A stretch of 39,308 bases of DNA from a virus (IMGVR_UViG_2541047861_000010:1-39308), one strand, 5' to 3'. Positions 8,129 through 18,729 are shown, counted from the stretch's first letter. The notes: generated by a model not told the origin, from the sequence alone. A program made the numbers and translations.

Positions 8129-10576
8129 TTAACCGTCATGCATCATGCTGGCACGGGCGCGCGCACGTTTATCCCGCTCGTATTTTTCGAGCGCATCCTG
8201 TAACTGGCGGTCAAGCTGTGTCCCCGGCGCAGTACCACCCGTCAGGCTGATGTGATATTCGTTTTTACTCTGGTCTACATAAGAGCGGCCAGCCGGTGCC
8301 GTGACCGGCTGATAAGCCTGATAGCCTGCATAAGAGCTGGTCGCCGGAATATAACCACCGCTGCCATACGTGGCGGCTTGAGTTCTGGCGGCGGTCTGGT
8401 CAAGTGTGTCTGACTCTTTGTTGATAACACCGAGTTTTTCCAGTACCCAGTCAATGCCGCTGCGCAGTTTGTTGAACGCATTAAGCGGCAGCATCAGCGC
8501 GTCAGCCAGTGCCTGCCCGAACATGACCCCCGTGTCACGGCAACGGTTCAGGGTGTCCTGAGTGGCTTTGACCGGGGCAATCAGGTTTTTAAACCACTGC
8601 CACGCGGCCTGTAACTTTTCACCCAGCCAGTCAAACACCGGCTTAAGTGGCGTGAACAGTTCCCCCACCGGCGCAAATGCCACTTTCAGCCCTTCAACCA
8701 CACCGCCAAAGAATGCGCTGACAGGCTCCCAGTATTTACGGATAAGCAACGCCCCGGCGACAATGGCGGCCACCACGGCCACAACCGGCCAGCTAATAGC
8801 CCCGATGGCGGTCATAACAGCACTGCCAACCGTCGTGAAGACTGCCCCCATTGCGCCTGCTGCCGCGATGATGGCATTGATGCCGGTGATAACCGGCCAG
8901 GCTACAAGACCAATTGCACCGATGATGCCAGTCAGCGCCAGCGCGCCACCGACAATGAGGCCGATGGTTGACGCCAGTGATTTGTTTTTCTGGATCCAGC
9001 CGTCGAGTTTTAACACATACTTTGTGGCCGTCTGCGTGAGCTTACGCAGCGCGCCTTCCTGCTGGTCAAACAGGTCAGTCCCCACCGCCTCATAAGCGGA
9101 CTGAAACTCTTTAAAGTCACCGCCTAGGTTGTCCTGCATGATATTTACCAGCTCGGCGGTCTTCCCGTCTGAGGCTTTAAACGCAGCGGTCAGTTTGTCC
9201 AGCTTTCCGGTTGAGGCGGCAGTCATCAGCACGGCGGCGGCTGAGCTGGCCTCCTCCCCGAAAATAGTTTTCATGTATTCAGCCTGCTGGGCAGTACCGA
9301 GCCGGTTTTTCTCAAAACTGGCCTGCATTTCTTTCAGAATGGTAAATACTGGCCGGGTGTTTCCCTTGCTGTCTGAGGTTTTCACACCAAGCTCTTTGAG
9401 TGCATCCCATGCTTTTCCCGTCGGTGCCTGCAGGCGGCTTAACACGGCACGGCTTCCCGTCCCCGCTATTGAACCGGTAATTTTTGCATCATGCAGCGCC
9501 CCGACCATTGCGGCGGTTTCTTCAATGCTGACACCGGCATTTTTTGCCACAGGTGCGGCATAGGTCAGCGCATCGCTCATGCCGTCAAAATCGGCGGCGG
9601 TTTTGTTCATCGTCATGGAGAGAACATCCCCGATATGAGCGACCTTATCGTTTGAAAGCTGAAAGGCGGATTTCATCCCCATCAGCAGGGCGGCGTTTTC
9701 TTCCATCGTGCGACGGTTCGCCAGCGCCATATTCAGCGTGACCGGCGTTGCCGCCTGAATGGCATCAACATCCCCACCCGCTTTCGCGATGATTATCTGT
9801 GCACCGGCCGCATCATCCGCCGAGGCGGCGGTATTGTCGCCGAGCTGGCGCGCCTGTTTGCGTAGTGCGGTCATTTCGGCGGAGTCTTTTGCCACTCCGA
9901 GCACGGCCTGCAATTCTGAGTTTTTCTGCGCAAACTCATAACCGGGCATCAGCAACTTAACTCCGGCCATCGTTCCCGCCGCCGCAATCCCCACACCGGC
10001 AGCGCCCACCGAGGCCATATTTCCGGCCAGTTCCTTTCCGGCCTGATAACGCTGTTTTACTGCATTAAGTTTTGCCTGTTGCGCACTGACACGCGCCAGC
10101 GCGTCACGCTGCCGGTTAAGCTGTGCGGTGGTTTCACTGATACGGTTTTTCAGTCCCTGCTCATCATGTGCAAGATTGCGGGTATTAATTCCCACAGCGG
10201 CCAGTTCCCGCTGCTGGCGCTTAACGGAATCCGTCAGGCGGTTATATTTCGCCTGTAAGTCCTCCGCCGCACGCTTTGCGGATTCCAGCACTTTCGCCTG
10301 AGCACGGGTCGGACGTTCAGTGTTTTTAAACTGTGTGGCAAGGGCTTCGGCTTCCTGCCGTGCCTTTTCAAGTGCATGACCAGTCACGGCAAGCTGTGCG
10401 CTGGTCTTGCGAAATCCCTCAATACGGGATGCGTGACCGTTCAGCTCGCGCAGTGATTTTTGTGTTTCCCGGATATCCCCCGACAGCGACTTACTCGCTG
10501 TGCGGATGGATTTAAACGGGCGGGATGCCTGGTCAACAGCCCTGAGCAATACCTGTAATTTTACATTGTTACTCAT
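8129..10576 (-). CDS. T: Tail tape measure protein gpT (815 aa)
   Basis: 815 aa, Ala/Gln-rich coiled-coil N-half and hydrophobic Gly/Ala-rich segment; start ATGAGTAAC overlaps the E' stop as in P2. Confidence 0.9.
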   Translation of the reverse strand: MSNNVKLQVLLRAVDQASRPFKSIRTASKSLSGDIRETQKSLRELNGHASRIEGFRKTSAQLAVTGHALEKARQEAEALATQFKNTERPTRAQAKVLESAKRAAEDLQAKYNRLTDSVKRQQRELAAVGINTRNLAHDEQGLKNRISETTAQLNRQRDALARVSAQQAKLNAVKQRYQAGKELAGNMASVGAAGVGIAAAGTMAGVKLLMPGYEFAQKNSELQAVLGVAKDSAEMTALRKQARQLGDNTAASADDAAGAQIIIAKAGGDVDAIQAATPVTLNMALANRRTMEENAALLMGMKSAFQLSNDKVAHIGDVLSMTMNKTAADFDGMSDALTYAAPVAKNAGVSIEETAAMVGALHDAKITGSIAGTGSRAVLSRLQAPTGKAWDALKELGVKTSDSKGNTRPVFTILKEMQASFEKNRLGTAQQAEYMKTIFGEEASSAAAVLMTAASTGKLDKLTAAFKASDGKTAELVNIMQDNLGGDFKEFQSAYEAVGTDLFDQQEGALRKLTQTATKYVLKLDGWIQKNKSLASTIGLIVGGALALTGIIGAIGLVAWPVITGINAIIAAAGAMGAVFTTVGSAVMTAIGAISWPVVAVVAAIVAGALLIRKYWEPVSAFFGGVVEGLKVAFAPVGELFTPLKPVFDWLGEKLQAAWQWFKNLIAPVKATQDTLNRCRDTGVMFGQALADALMLPLNAFNKLRSGIDWVLEKLGVINKESDTLDQTAARTQAATYGSGGYIPATSSYAGYQAYQPVTAPAGRSYVDQSKNEYHISLTGGTAPGTQLDRQLQDALEKYERDKRARARASMMHDG

Positions 10577-10996
10577 TCGTGTTTCCGCTTCGCCGGAGCG
10601 CCTTTTCGCGCCATGTGATGAGTTCGGTCAGGCTCATGGGATACAGTTCTGATGGCGCCCAGTGAAATATCACTGCCACATCCGCCATCAGGTCATCGAC
10701 CGAGAGATTTTTCGGAAACGTCACTGCACCGAGTTCGGCGACAAAAAACCGACCACCTTACCGGCCAGCGCCACAAGGTCAGGCAGCTCCAGCGCGGCGA
10801 CTTCCTGCTCGGTCAGCATCGGTGCCGTCATGCGCGGCAGCACTTTAATCAGTGCATCGACTTCGGAGTTTGCGACCGCAGCCAGACTGACACCGCGCAG
10901 CGTCCCGGCATTGGGTTTCATCAGCGTGACCTGTTCGATAACCTGCTCACCACGCTTGACCGGATTGTCCAGGGTAATCACATTTTCTTTGTTCAT
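10569..10996 (-). CDS. E': Tail assembly chaperone gpE+E', made by programmed -1 ribosomal frameshift at TTTTTTG (10742-10748)
   Basis: On the minus strand GGT TTT TTG lies 8 codons before the E stop. The -1 frame stays open to a TAA at 10569-10571 and translates as ...ITWREKALRRSGNTNE, matching my recollection of the P2 E' C-terminus. Confidence 0.7.
10721..10996 (-). CDS. E: Tail assembly chaperone gpE (91 aa)
   Basis: 91-aa product MNKENVITLDNPVKRGEQVIEQVTLMKPNAGTLRG... matching P2 gpE; contains slippery heptamer near its 3' end. Confidence 0.85.
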   Translation of the reverse strand: MNKENVITLDNPVKRGEQVIEQVTLMKPNAGTLRGVSLAAVANSEVDALIKVLPRMTAPMLTEQEVAALELPDLVALAGKVVGFLSPNSVQ

Positions 10997-11052
10997 GGTT
11001 TTCTCACTTCTGAATCAGGGTTAACCGGTCAGCCAGGCTGACCGGATGAAAA

Positions 11053-11571
11053 TCACAGGCCGATATTGCGGCGGTGTTGCTCCAGCCGGTCGACGCCGTT
11101 CACCTTCTCAATCATGTTGATGGTGTCAATTTCGACCAGCTCCTTACCGTCCATCGTCAGCCGGAAATAGGTGCAGACCACGGAGATTTTCGACTCGGTG
11201 TCTTCTCCCTGTTTACCCTCGCCGGTGTCGATTTCTTTCTGACGGCCACGCATGACCACTTCGACGGCCACCGTTTCGCCAGTATCGTCACGCTGGTAAG
11301 AGCCTGCAAAACGAATCGGCACGGCATCCACACCGGTTGCGGCGTAAAGTTCCCAGATAACCGAATCCGGGAAGCCCCCGAGCGACCACTCCATTGACAG
11401 CGCATCATCATCAAGGCCGAGGTCTACCGGGGCGCTGCCGTTCATCCCCGCACCGCGATAGTTTTCGAGCTTACGGGTCAGTTTTGGCAGCGTGACGGAC
11501 TTTGCAACGCCCTGATAGCTGTAGCCGTTCAGAAAGACGTTCATTAACTTGAGTTTGCGCGGCATTGCCAT
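11053..11571 (-). CDS. FII: Tail tube protein gpFII (172 aa)
   Basis: Length, sequence and position downstream of FI match P2. Confidence 0.9.
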   Translation of the reverse strand: MAMPRKLKLMNVFLNGYSYQGVAKSVTLPKLTRKLENYRGAGMNGSAPVDLGLDDDALSMEWSLGGFPDSVIWELYAATGVDAVPIRFAGSYQRDDTGETVAVEVVMRGRQKEIDTGEGKQGEDTESKISVVCTYFRLTMDGKELVEIDTINMIEKVNGVDRLEQHRRNIGL

Positions 11572-11583
11572 CGGTCAGGCTCC

Positions 11584-12774
11584 TTAATTGCTGTTAACCG
11601 AAGTGACCAGATTTGCCAGGTATTTATCGGTAATACGCTGGCGCAGGGTCAGGTTTTCGAGAGGAGGCACCGGGGTATAGTCGTAGTCGATATACAGTTT
11701 TCCGGCCTTGAGGGTTTCCGCATCGTTGGATTCTTCGCTGAACCAGCAGGTCGCATCCACGATATAGCCGTTTGTTTTCAGCTCACGGAATTTGGCATTG
11801 ATGCCGTCAACGATGTCGCGAATCAGCGTTGCGGTGATGGGCTTGTCCACCGCCCACATGTGCGCCTCAGCCATCGTGTCGGCCAGCACCTGCGCGGTGC
11901 GGGTGTAGTTTTCAAAGAGGAACAGCGGGTCATCAGAGCAGGTACGGTTACCCCAGAAGCGGAAACCGTCGCGGCGAATCAGCGTTGTGACGCCTGACTC
12001 GTTCAGCAGGTCAGCATCGGTGCCGGACTCCTGCAAATCCCAGAATACAGATGCGCTGATGCCGGTAACACCGTTCACCCCGACGTTGGACAGCGTTTTA
12101 TGCCATCCCTGCTCCTGGTCGATTTTGGCACGCAGCCCCAGCGCACGGGCGGTGGCATACGCGGTGGCGGTGGTACTGGTGACCGTATCCCATGCGAGGA
12201 AATCCGGCCAGATGACCATCAGCTCACGCTGGCTGAAATTCTGGCGGTAGGCTTTCACCTCAGAAATGGTTTTACAGCCCCATGCGCTGATATACCCGAA
12301 AGCGCGCAGCTTCTGACAGACTGATGCCAGTGCGACGGCAACCTCTTTGGTGTCCAGTCCCGGCACACCGAGAATGCGCGGCTTAACACCGGTTACCGAC
12401 TCCGCCGCCAGCAGGGCTTTCAGTCCGGTGTACTGACCGTTTTCGTCAGTGGTGCCGATGATATTGGAAACGGTCTGCGCGAGTTTCGTTTCTTCATCGT
12501 CGCCGGTGCCGTCTTCCACACGCACGACAACGGTGACCGGTTTTGACTGGTCGGCGATGGCCTGCAACGATGCCGCCAGCGTGCCTTTTTTACCGGCCTT
12601 TGCAATTGCGCTCTGCACATTGGTAATCAGCACAGGTTTATTGAGGGGGAAGGTTTCCGCATCCGCATCGCTGGCCGTGCAGACCATGCCGACAATGGCC
12701 GTGGATACGGTGGAAATGACGCGGGTGCCGTCGTTAATCTCCAGCACCTGCACGCCGTGATGATAGTCACTCAT
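11584..12774 (-). CDS. FI: Contractile tail sheath protein gpFI (396 aa)
   Basis: 396 aa, MSDYHHGVQVLEINDGTRVISTVSTAIVG... matches P2 FI. Confidence 0.9.
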   Translation of the reverse strand: MSDYHHGVQVLEINDGTRVISTVSTAIVGMVCTASDADAETFPLNKPVLITNVQSAIAKAGKKGTLAASLQAIADQSKPVTVVVRVEDGTGDDEETKLAQTVSNIIGTTDENGQYTGLKALLAAESVTGVKPRILGVPGLDTKEVAVALASVCQKLRAFGYISAWGCKTISEVKAYRQNFSQRELMVIWPDFLAWDTVTSTTATAYATARALGLRAKIDQEQGWHKTLSNVGVNGVTGISASVFWDLQESGTDADLLNESGVTTLIRRDGFRFWGNRTCSDDPLFLFENYTRTAQVLADTMAEAHMWAVDKPITATLIRDIVDGINAKFRELKTNGYIVDATCWFSEESNDAETLKAGKLYIDYDYTPVPPLENLTLRQRITDKYLANLVTSVNSN

Positions 12775-12870
12775 CCGTTTAACTCCGTGGTTAATGGGTG
12801 CAACTATTTTCTGTTGGGCAGTACATGAGACGCTATTTGACCTGGCTGGTCAGTGGATGAAACAACAGAT

Positions 12871-12897
12871 AAAGAAAAGGCGGGCAATCCGCCCGCC
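12871..12897 (-). terminator. Rho-independent terminator after tail-fibre operon gene G
   Basis: Hairpin GGCGGGC-AATCC-GCCCGCC with a T-rich tract on the minus strand (AAAGAAAA on plus). Confidence 0.5.
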
Positions 12898-12902
12898 TGT
12901 AT

Positions 12903-13430
12903 TTATTGTGGTAGCTCCGGCCATTCAGGATTTGCAGGATCCACACGACTGACCAGAACGCTGTAGCGTTCCCATGCCTCCAGTCGGCTGCGCTCCTCAT
13001 CTGTTGCCATATTCAGCCTGACAGCGCGCTCCAGCGGCAAAATCACGGATTCAGCTTCGGAAAGCAAAGCTGCCTTTTTTGACTCCGCCAGTTGCTGCTG
13101 TTCGTCTGCCGTATAAATCCGCTTAATCACGGCACCGTCCTTAAACATCCATTTACCTGAGTCATCAGCTCGTCGGTTGGCGGTAATATCAGGGACTTCA
13201 ACGACGCTGAACCCCTCTGGATTAAGCGTTGATGCATCTTTGGTAATGGCGACAATAATATTATTCTCATCGTAAACAATCTTTATTGTGTCTTCCTGAA
13301 AATGCTTTACCTCTTCATACCAGTTTTTTCCATCCTCTGAAAATAACCAGATAACGTCGAATTTTTTTGTTAGTTGATATTGTTCAATGGTTTTCGGATT
13401 TCCTGACCTTATATTTTTTAAATGCTGCAT
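12903..13430 (-). CDS. G: Tail fibre assembly protein gpG (175 aa), composition-mosaic
   Basis: 175 aa in the P2 G position; the N-terminal coding part is visibly AT-rich while the C-terminal part is GC-rich. Confidence 0.85.
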   Translation of the reverse strand: MQHLKNIRSGNPKTIEQYQLTKKFDVIWLFSEDGKNWYEEVKHFQEDTIKIVYDENNIIVAITKDASTLNPEGFSVVEVPDITANRRADDSGKWMFKDGAVIKRIYTADEQQQLAESKKAALLSEAESVILPLERAVRLNMATDEERSRLEAWERYSVLVSRVDPANPEWPELPQ

Positions 13431-13433
13431 AAT

Positions 13434-16214
13434 TTACACCTGTGCGACGTTATACCATGTGCCATTGATGTATTTTTGTATCGGTCTGAAGATGGCTTCA
13501 TCATCGCCATCAACTTCACCAATAATTCTTAATCCGGTAAGTGTGTGTCCGGCCATCTCATAACGCCCGCCACGCGCCATCAATTGAACAACACGTGTTC
13601 CCAGGCGAACATCCATCACATAACGCCCGTCGAAATTACCGTAGTTACTTGGCACAACTTGTCCGGCAACAGTTAATCCATGGCCAATAGTGACTCCACC
13701 AGTGGAATTCTGAATATAGAATGGCCTTAAACTACTCCATCCCCCCATACTGTCACCGGAGTTGGTCAACATGAAATGGGTGAAATTACCATCATTTCGG
13801 ATAAAGAATCCATAGTTCCCACATACGATGCGATAACCGTTTGCTGACCTTGAAACAACTTCCCCATCAACAGTTAAACCGCCTGTAATAGTGCCACCGG
13901 ATATCGGTAAAGCACCAACATCACCAGCGGATGGTTTATGTGCTGTCGTATAAAGCTGTGCCCATCCAGACCACTGAGCGTCATCTGTATCCCGCCTTGA
14001 ACGAATATATGCTGGTGCATGAGCACCGCTGGTTCCACTCCAGCCGATAAGTAACTCACCTTCTCCGGTTGCGGATACCCCCGTAAGATGAAGCACATTG
14101 CCATAGGCATAAGGGTAGCCATTGTTATATGCCTCATACATCTGAATACCAGGCACCCCCTTCTCACTCCCGCTTAATGCAGCAACGCGATTCCTGGATA
14201 CCAGCGTATTAATATTGATATTGCCAGAACCATCAAATTTCACGCCGTTAATTGTCCTTGCCGTTTTCAGCTTTGTAGCTGTAGCCGCATTGCCGGACAG
14301 TTCGCCTGAAAGACCGGCGCTGAAGGTTTGTTTCGCCGCCCATGTCTGAGCTTCGTCGATAATTGGCACACGTCTTGTCGTGATCGTGCGGCTTCCCGGA
14401 TTTCCTGAAATACGCACCATAAAAAAGCGGTAGTTGGCTTTACTTACAGTGCTGCGCCATACATGCATTGAGCGCCCCGTACCGGAATCATCACTCGGAC
14501 CAACTGCGATGTTTATCAGGTTGCCATCAATGACGCCCCAGTCCATACCGTCGGGAATGTGGGTCATGTTATCAAGCCGAACGGTTATCAGACTGCCCGG
14601 CACAAAGTCGTAGGTCTGCCAGTCCAGGCTGGAGAGTTTTGCCACAGCGCCACCGATGCCCAGATTCAGAGGCAACGAAAAGGAGTTATATACTTCTCGC
14701 CATTCGGTCCATTTGCTCCCGGCGTAGACGCGCTCAAAAGTGCGTCCCTGTGTGGTTTCTGATTTCCCTGTGGTTGTGTAACGCTGCCAGACAGACACAC
14801 CATCAAAACGTCTGATTACTTCCAGTATCCCAAGTAGTGTCGCGCCAACGGTGTCCAGCATCGGACCGTTTGTTGCCTTTCCTGTAACACTGTAAATACC
14901 GGGGTCGGTTAGAACATTTAAATCACCCTCGTAATAACGACTCTCTGACTGATGACCGATTCTTAACCACGGTTCCCACTGCGGATTTGATGCATCCCAG
15001 CTTGCCGCAAGGCAGCGGACATACATATTTCCACGGCGAGTGGTATAACGTTGCGTTCTTCCATAATTCCCGCCTTCGAGGATCTCAAGCGTCCCCTGAG
15101 CAAAGCCGCCTTCCTCTGGATAATTGCGTTCATATGAAGCTATAGCCGAGCTACTGTTACGCCATAAACCAAGATGCTCGGCGGCTCCAAGCGTATTCAG
15201 GTCTATAGTCGTACTCAAAGGGCGGGTAGCAGATTGAGTGTGACGCCATACGCCCCACGGACCATCAGTGCCATTCCACTTATTGGCGAGTTTACGCATG
15301 TATACATTGCCGTCTCTCGTGGTAAAGCGTTGAGTACCTGCAAAATTGCCGGCAGCAAAAACCTCAAGCACACCGACAGCATTATCTTCCGGGAAATTTT
15401 TCTCCAGTGTTGCGTTAGTTGAGGTAGCTTTAGACCAGATCCCCAGATAAGCCTTAACGGGACCAAATGTATTCAGGTCGGCATCAACCGGCATTTCGCC
15501 ATTGTTTTTCATAAACGTCAGGCTGGTAACGCCAACATTGTCCAGAAAAGCTGATTTATCCTGGATATCTGCACCGTTCTGATTTTTCGCCAGACGTGAA
15601 TTTGCGTTGTCATTTGCTGCCTTGACCGCTTTTGGCGTTGCCGCCAATGACTCACTGGTGCTGTTTGTTGCACTGCTTAACTGAGTAAAACCTTTTTCTG
15701 TCAGCGTGGCGTCAGGATGGCGGCGGGACTGCTCATGCTCTGCGATTTTGTCATCGACATAATCCTGAGTCGCCATCACCGTGCTGGCATCAATACTCAG
15801 TTCAACGGACGCCACGTTGCTGAGAATAATAACCATGCGACAGGTCTGCGCACGCCCGGAGCCTTCAGCCAGTTCTGGCTTATAGCTTTCTGCCATGTTG
15901 GATACCGCAATCAGTGTTCCGGCATCGTCATACAGACCAAGCTCACGCATCCAGAAGCCGCCCACTTCGGGCGGTACAACCAGTTCAGCCACGATATAGT
16001 TTTTATTCTTATTATCCACGCTGACTTTATTCAGAGCGTGACGCCAGACCTCATGCACCAGTTTCGTCTGACCGGCATCCGGCACCGGCAATTTGCCATT
16101 ACCATCACCCACGGCCATTGCAGACAGGTTTACTTTTTTCCCGCCGGGGACAGTGGCGGCTGCCAGCTTTGCGGCTCCGGCAGTAGTGATAACGGTTTTA
16201 AATTTCGTGCTCAT
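13434..16214 (-). CDS. H: Tail fibre protein gpH (926 aa) with P2-like N-terminus and divergent longer C-terminal receptor-binding region
   Basis: N-terminus [25 protein letters not shown]... resembles P2 H (about 669 aa as I recall); C-terminus ends ...[17 protein letters not shown], a tail-fibre tip motif. Confidence 0.85.
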   Translation of the reverse strand: MSTKFKTVITTAGAAKLAAATVPGGKKVNLSAMAVGDGNGKLPVPDAGQTKLVHEVWRHALNKVSVDNKNKNYIVAELVVPPEVGGFWMRELGLYDDAGTLIAVSNMAESYKPELAEGSGRAQTCRMVIILSNVASVELSIDASTVMATQDYVDDKIAEHEQSRRHPDATLTEKGFTQLSSATNSTSESLAATPKAVKAANDNANSRLAKNQNGADIQDKSAFLDNVGVTSLTFMKNNGEMPVDADLNTFGPVKAYLGIWSKATSTNATLEKNFPEDNAVGVLEVFAAGNFAGTQRFTTRDGNVYMRKLANKWNGTDGPWGVWRHTQSATRPLSTTIDLNTLGAAEHLGLWRNSSSAIASYERNYPEEGGFAQGTLEILEGGNYGRTQRYTTRRGNMYVRCLAASWDASNPQWEPWLRIGHQSESRYYEGDLNVLTDPGIYSVTGKATNGPMLDTVGATLLGILEVIRRFDGVSVWQRYTTTGKSETTQGRTFERVYAGSKWTEWREVYNSFSLPLNLGIGGAVAKLSSLDWQTYDFVPGSLITVRLDNMTHIPDGMDWGVIDGNLINIAVGPSDDSGTGRSMHVWRSTVSKANYRFFMVRISGNPGSRTITTRRVPIIDEAQTWAAKQTFSAGLSGELSGNAATATKLKTARTINGVKFDGSGNININTLVSRNRVAALSGSEKGVPGIQMYEAYNNGYPYAYGNVLHLTGVSATGEGELLIGWSGTSGAHAPAYIRSRRDTDDAQWSGWAQLYTTAHKPSAGDVGALPISGGTITGGLTVDGEVVSRSANGYRIVCGNYGFFIRNDGNFTHFMLTNSGDSMGGWSSLRPFYIQNSTGGVTIGHGLTVAGQVVPSNYGNFDGRYVMDVRLGTRVVQLMARGGRYEMAGHTLTGLRIIGEVDGDDEAIFRPIQKYINGTWYNVAQV

Positions 16215-16224
16215 TGTTTCTCAC

Positions 16225-16755
16225 TTATCCGGGATAAACAGTAATAACATCACCATCACAGAGCACACCGCCTGTATACAGATAGCCGGGAATGTCCTGG
16301 ATAATGTTCAGGCCGATAAGGTGGCGACTTGCGGGTTTGGCATCGGCAATCAGCCGTTCCATTTCCAGATACATCTCCTCCGTGATGCCGCTTTCCAGTA
16401 CGCCGATATCAAGGCGGAAGGTTCCGGGCGGGTCGTTTGTCTCCCACCATTCCTTTACGTTAATGAGATAGCCGAGCGGCTCCACCACACGCCGGATTGC
16501 GCCTATCGTGCCTTTATGACAGTGGATGAAATAGGCATCGCGGATAACGGCGCGTTTTGTCGCTTCCGGCCACTTTTCATCCCAGCGGTCAACCGAAAAT
16601 GACCACGCCAGCCACGGCAGCAGATTTGCCGGACAGGTGTCCGGGTTCCACAGCTCACGAATACTGACCGGCGTTTTTTCAATTTCCGCACAGGCTTTTG
16701 CGGCAGCGACTTCAAGCGGTGATGAGCCGGTCGGCAGCAGGCGCGAATCACTCAT
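16225..16755 (-). CDS. I: Baseplate protein gpI (176 aa)
   Basis: Length and synteny match P2 I. Confidence 0.9.
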   Translation of the reverse strand: MSDSRLLPTGSSPLEVAAAKACAEIEKTPVSIRELWNPDTCPANLLPWLAWSFSVDRWDEKWPEATKRAVIRDAYFIHCHKGTIGAIRRVVEPLGYLINVKEWWETNDPPGTFRLDIGVLESGITEEMYLEMERLIADAKPASRHLIGLNIIQDIPGYLYTGGVLCDGDVITVYPG

Positions 16756-17656
16756 CCGAGCCTCCGGTCACGACGCGGTATTCGGTACAGAAAGACGCCT
16801 GCGTACTGTTGAGTACGATGTCGGCCAGTGGTGCGGCCAGTTCGACACGCTGCACGCCTTCCACATGCAAAGCGGCATAAATGGCAGAAAGACGGATGTC
16901 ACGCCCCAGCCGGTGCTGTGCCGTGATATACGCTTCCAGTTTTTTTACGGCGGCAGCGCGGATGGGTTCGCTTTCGGGACCAGGGTAAAGGTAAAGCGTG
17001 GCGTTTATCTGATATTCAACAATGGCGGCAGACTGCACGGTCACGCGGTCGGCCACCGGCCTGACGTCCTCGCCATTAAGGGCGTTACGTACCACAGCCA
17101 GCAGGTCTTCGGATGCGACACCGTTATTTTCGCGAGACAGCACGGAGATGGTGACGCAGGCCGGAGACGGACTGGTGACAGAGATATCCGCGACACGCCC
17201 GTCGGCACTGCGACCATGATACTGATAGGCACCCACCGACCCGGCGACGCTTAAGCCCTCAAACGCCTGCTGAATACGCAGACGATAATCGGTGTCAGAC
17301 TCCATCACTGCCGGTGTCGGCGGGATAGTCGAATCATCTGCCGGGGTGATAATCAGGCGCGTGGTGTTGTAATTGGCACCAATCACATCAAGGTCATTAC
17401 CGGCGGCACAGGCCAGCATTACCGCCCGTGCGGCCTCATTCACACGCTGACGCCAGATAAGCTCACGATAAGCATTTTCCTCCAGCAGTTTGACGAGAGG
17501 CTCGGATTCCAGCGTCAGGGTACGGGCAACCGCCTCCTGCTGGTCTTCCGGGTAAAGGGAAATCAGTGTCGCCTTGCGTTCGGCAAGAATGGTTTCAAAG
17601 TCCAGCTCCTCGACCACATCCGGTGCGGGTAGCTGGTTCAGGTCGATAATCGGCAT
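16748..17656 (-). CDS. J: Baseplate wedge protein gpJ (302 aa)
   Basis: Length and synteny match P2 J. Confidence 0.9.
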   Translation of the reverse strand: MPIIDLNQLPAPDVVEELDFETILAERKATLISLYPEDQQEAVARTLTLESEPLVKLLEENAYRELIWRQRVNEAARAVMLACAAGNDLDVIGANYNTTRLIITPADDSTIPPTPAVMESDTDYRLRIQQAFEGLSVAGSVGAYQYHGRSADGRVADISVTSPSPACVTISVLSRENNGVASEDLLAVVRNALNGEDVRPVADRVTVQSAAIVEYQINATLYLYPGPESEPIRAAAVKKLEAYITAQHRLGRDIRLSAIYAALHVEGVQRVELAAPLADIVLNSTQASFCTEYRVVTGGSDE

Positions 17657-17660
17657 GGTT

Positions 17661-18008
17661 TCAACTCACAGGGATGGTTAACGAAAGTGGCTGGCCGGTG
17701 TCGTTGTGCTGGCCGGTTAACGTAACTGTCATTCGCCCGTCAAAGCTGCGCGCCGTGGTGACGGATGACAGGGTGACGCGGGGTTCCCATTTCAGCACCG
17801 CCATGTAACAGGCGACCTTAATCTGCAACTCAAGCGCCGGGGTCTGCGGCTGGTCAATCATTGACGCCAGCAACGAGCCGTAATCACGCCGCATCACCCG
17901 TGAGCCGACCGGTGTGCGCAGGATATCGCCGATACTCTGGCTGATATGCTCAAGGTCAGTGACAGTCAGGCCATCACTGCGATTCATTCCGAGATAACGC
18001 GCTGTCAT
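17661..18008 (-). CDS. W: Baseplate protein gpW (115 aa)
   Basis: Length and synteny match P2 W. Confidence 0.9.
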   Translation of the reverse strand: MTARYLGMNRSDGLTVTDLEHISQSIGDILRTPVGSRVMRRDYGSLLASMIDQPQTPALELQIKVACYMAVLKWEPRVTLSSVTTARSFDGRMTVTLTGQHNDTGQPLSLTIPVS

Positions 18009-18646
18009 TTTGTCCCCTGTGTCCAGTTGTCTCCTGACTTAACACCACCGTGACCGTGGTCATCCACCTGAACGCCGTTAGACGTGAATTTCCCGTCGGT
18101 ATGCTCGATGTTGCCGTGCATCTTCCCGCCCTTCTGCACTTCCAGCGTGCCGGTAGTCAGTTTGTTAGTGCAGACCACTTCCGGTGTGTCCAGGGTGATG
18201 CGGGTTGACGCTTTCACCATGACCACCGGCACCGTGGCAGTAACAGAATCAGAAGCCGTCACGCTGGCCGTTTTAATTCCGCTTACCGTGAGTGCACTGG
18301 TTTCAGGTTCATACTCAATCACCGCCCCGTCAGGGAAACGGATATGCAGGGCATCCGCCGACGCAGACGGCGCGGGGTTATCGCCGGAATAAATCCCCGG
18401 CAGAACGAACGCCGTGTCGAGTTCACCGCCCACGGCCAGAATCAGCACCTGTTCCCCCACGGAAGGTGCCCACCATGTGCGCGAACGCCCGGCACGATGG
18501 GTCAGCCACTGAAGCCAGTCGGTGCACATGCCGCCGGTCTGCACACGGCAGCGACCGGCGTTAAGGTCGGTTTCGACGACAAGACCGGTGCGGATCATAT
18601 TGCGCAGTGCGCGCGCGAGTTCCTGGATATTTGATAGTGTGCTCAT
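18005..18646 (-). CDS. V: Baseplate spike protein gpV (213 aa)
   Basis: Start set at MSTLSNIQELARALRNMIRTG... by recalled similarity to the P2 V N-terminus; the longer upstream extension in the ORF track has no RBS. Confidence 0.85.
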   Translation of the reverse strand: MSTLSNIQELARALRNMIRTGLVVETDLNAGRCRVQTGGMCTDWLQWLTHRAGRSRTWWAPSVGEQVLILAVGGELDTAFVLPGIYSGDNPAPSASADALHIRFPDGAVIEYEPETSALTVSGIKTASVTASDSVTATVPVVMVKASTRITLDTPEVVCTNKLTTGTLEVQKGGKMHGNIEHTDGKFTSNGVQVDDHGHGGVKSGDNWTQGTK

Positions 18647-18692
18647 ATGACAATAATGGGGAACATATGCTCGAAAAACTATTGCAACCCGT

Positions 18693-18710
18693 TGTATCAT
18701 TTTCGGCACA
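18693..18710. promoter_or_regulatory. Candidate Ogr-box dyad TGT-N12-ACA in the V/moron divergent intergenic region
   Basis: TGTATCATTTTCGGCACA read directly; it has the recalled P2 late-promoter dyad form. Its spacing to the V start does not fit the canonical -55 position, so the assignment is tentative. Confidence 0.3.
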
Positions 18711-18729
18711 ACCAAGAAGGAGCCGAAGC

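Noticed and set aside
8562-9941. Several plus-strand ORFs (177, 144, 65, 60 aa) inside the tape-measure gene T
   Set aside because: Antisense to a well-supported 815-aa gene; Ala/Pro/Ser-rich low-complexity translations typical of reverse frames in GC-rich coding DNA.
18647-18715. Upstream extension of V (MVVPKMIQRV...)
   Set aside because: No RBS, and it would run through the candidate promoter region and up to the divergent moron start; the P2-like start MSTLSN was preferred.
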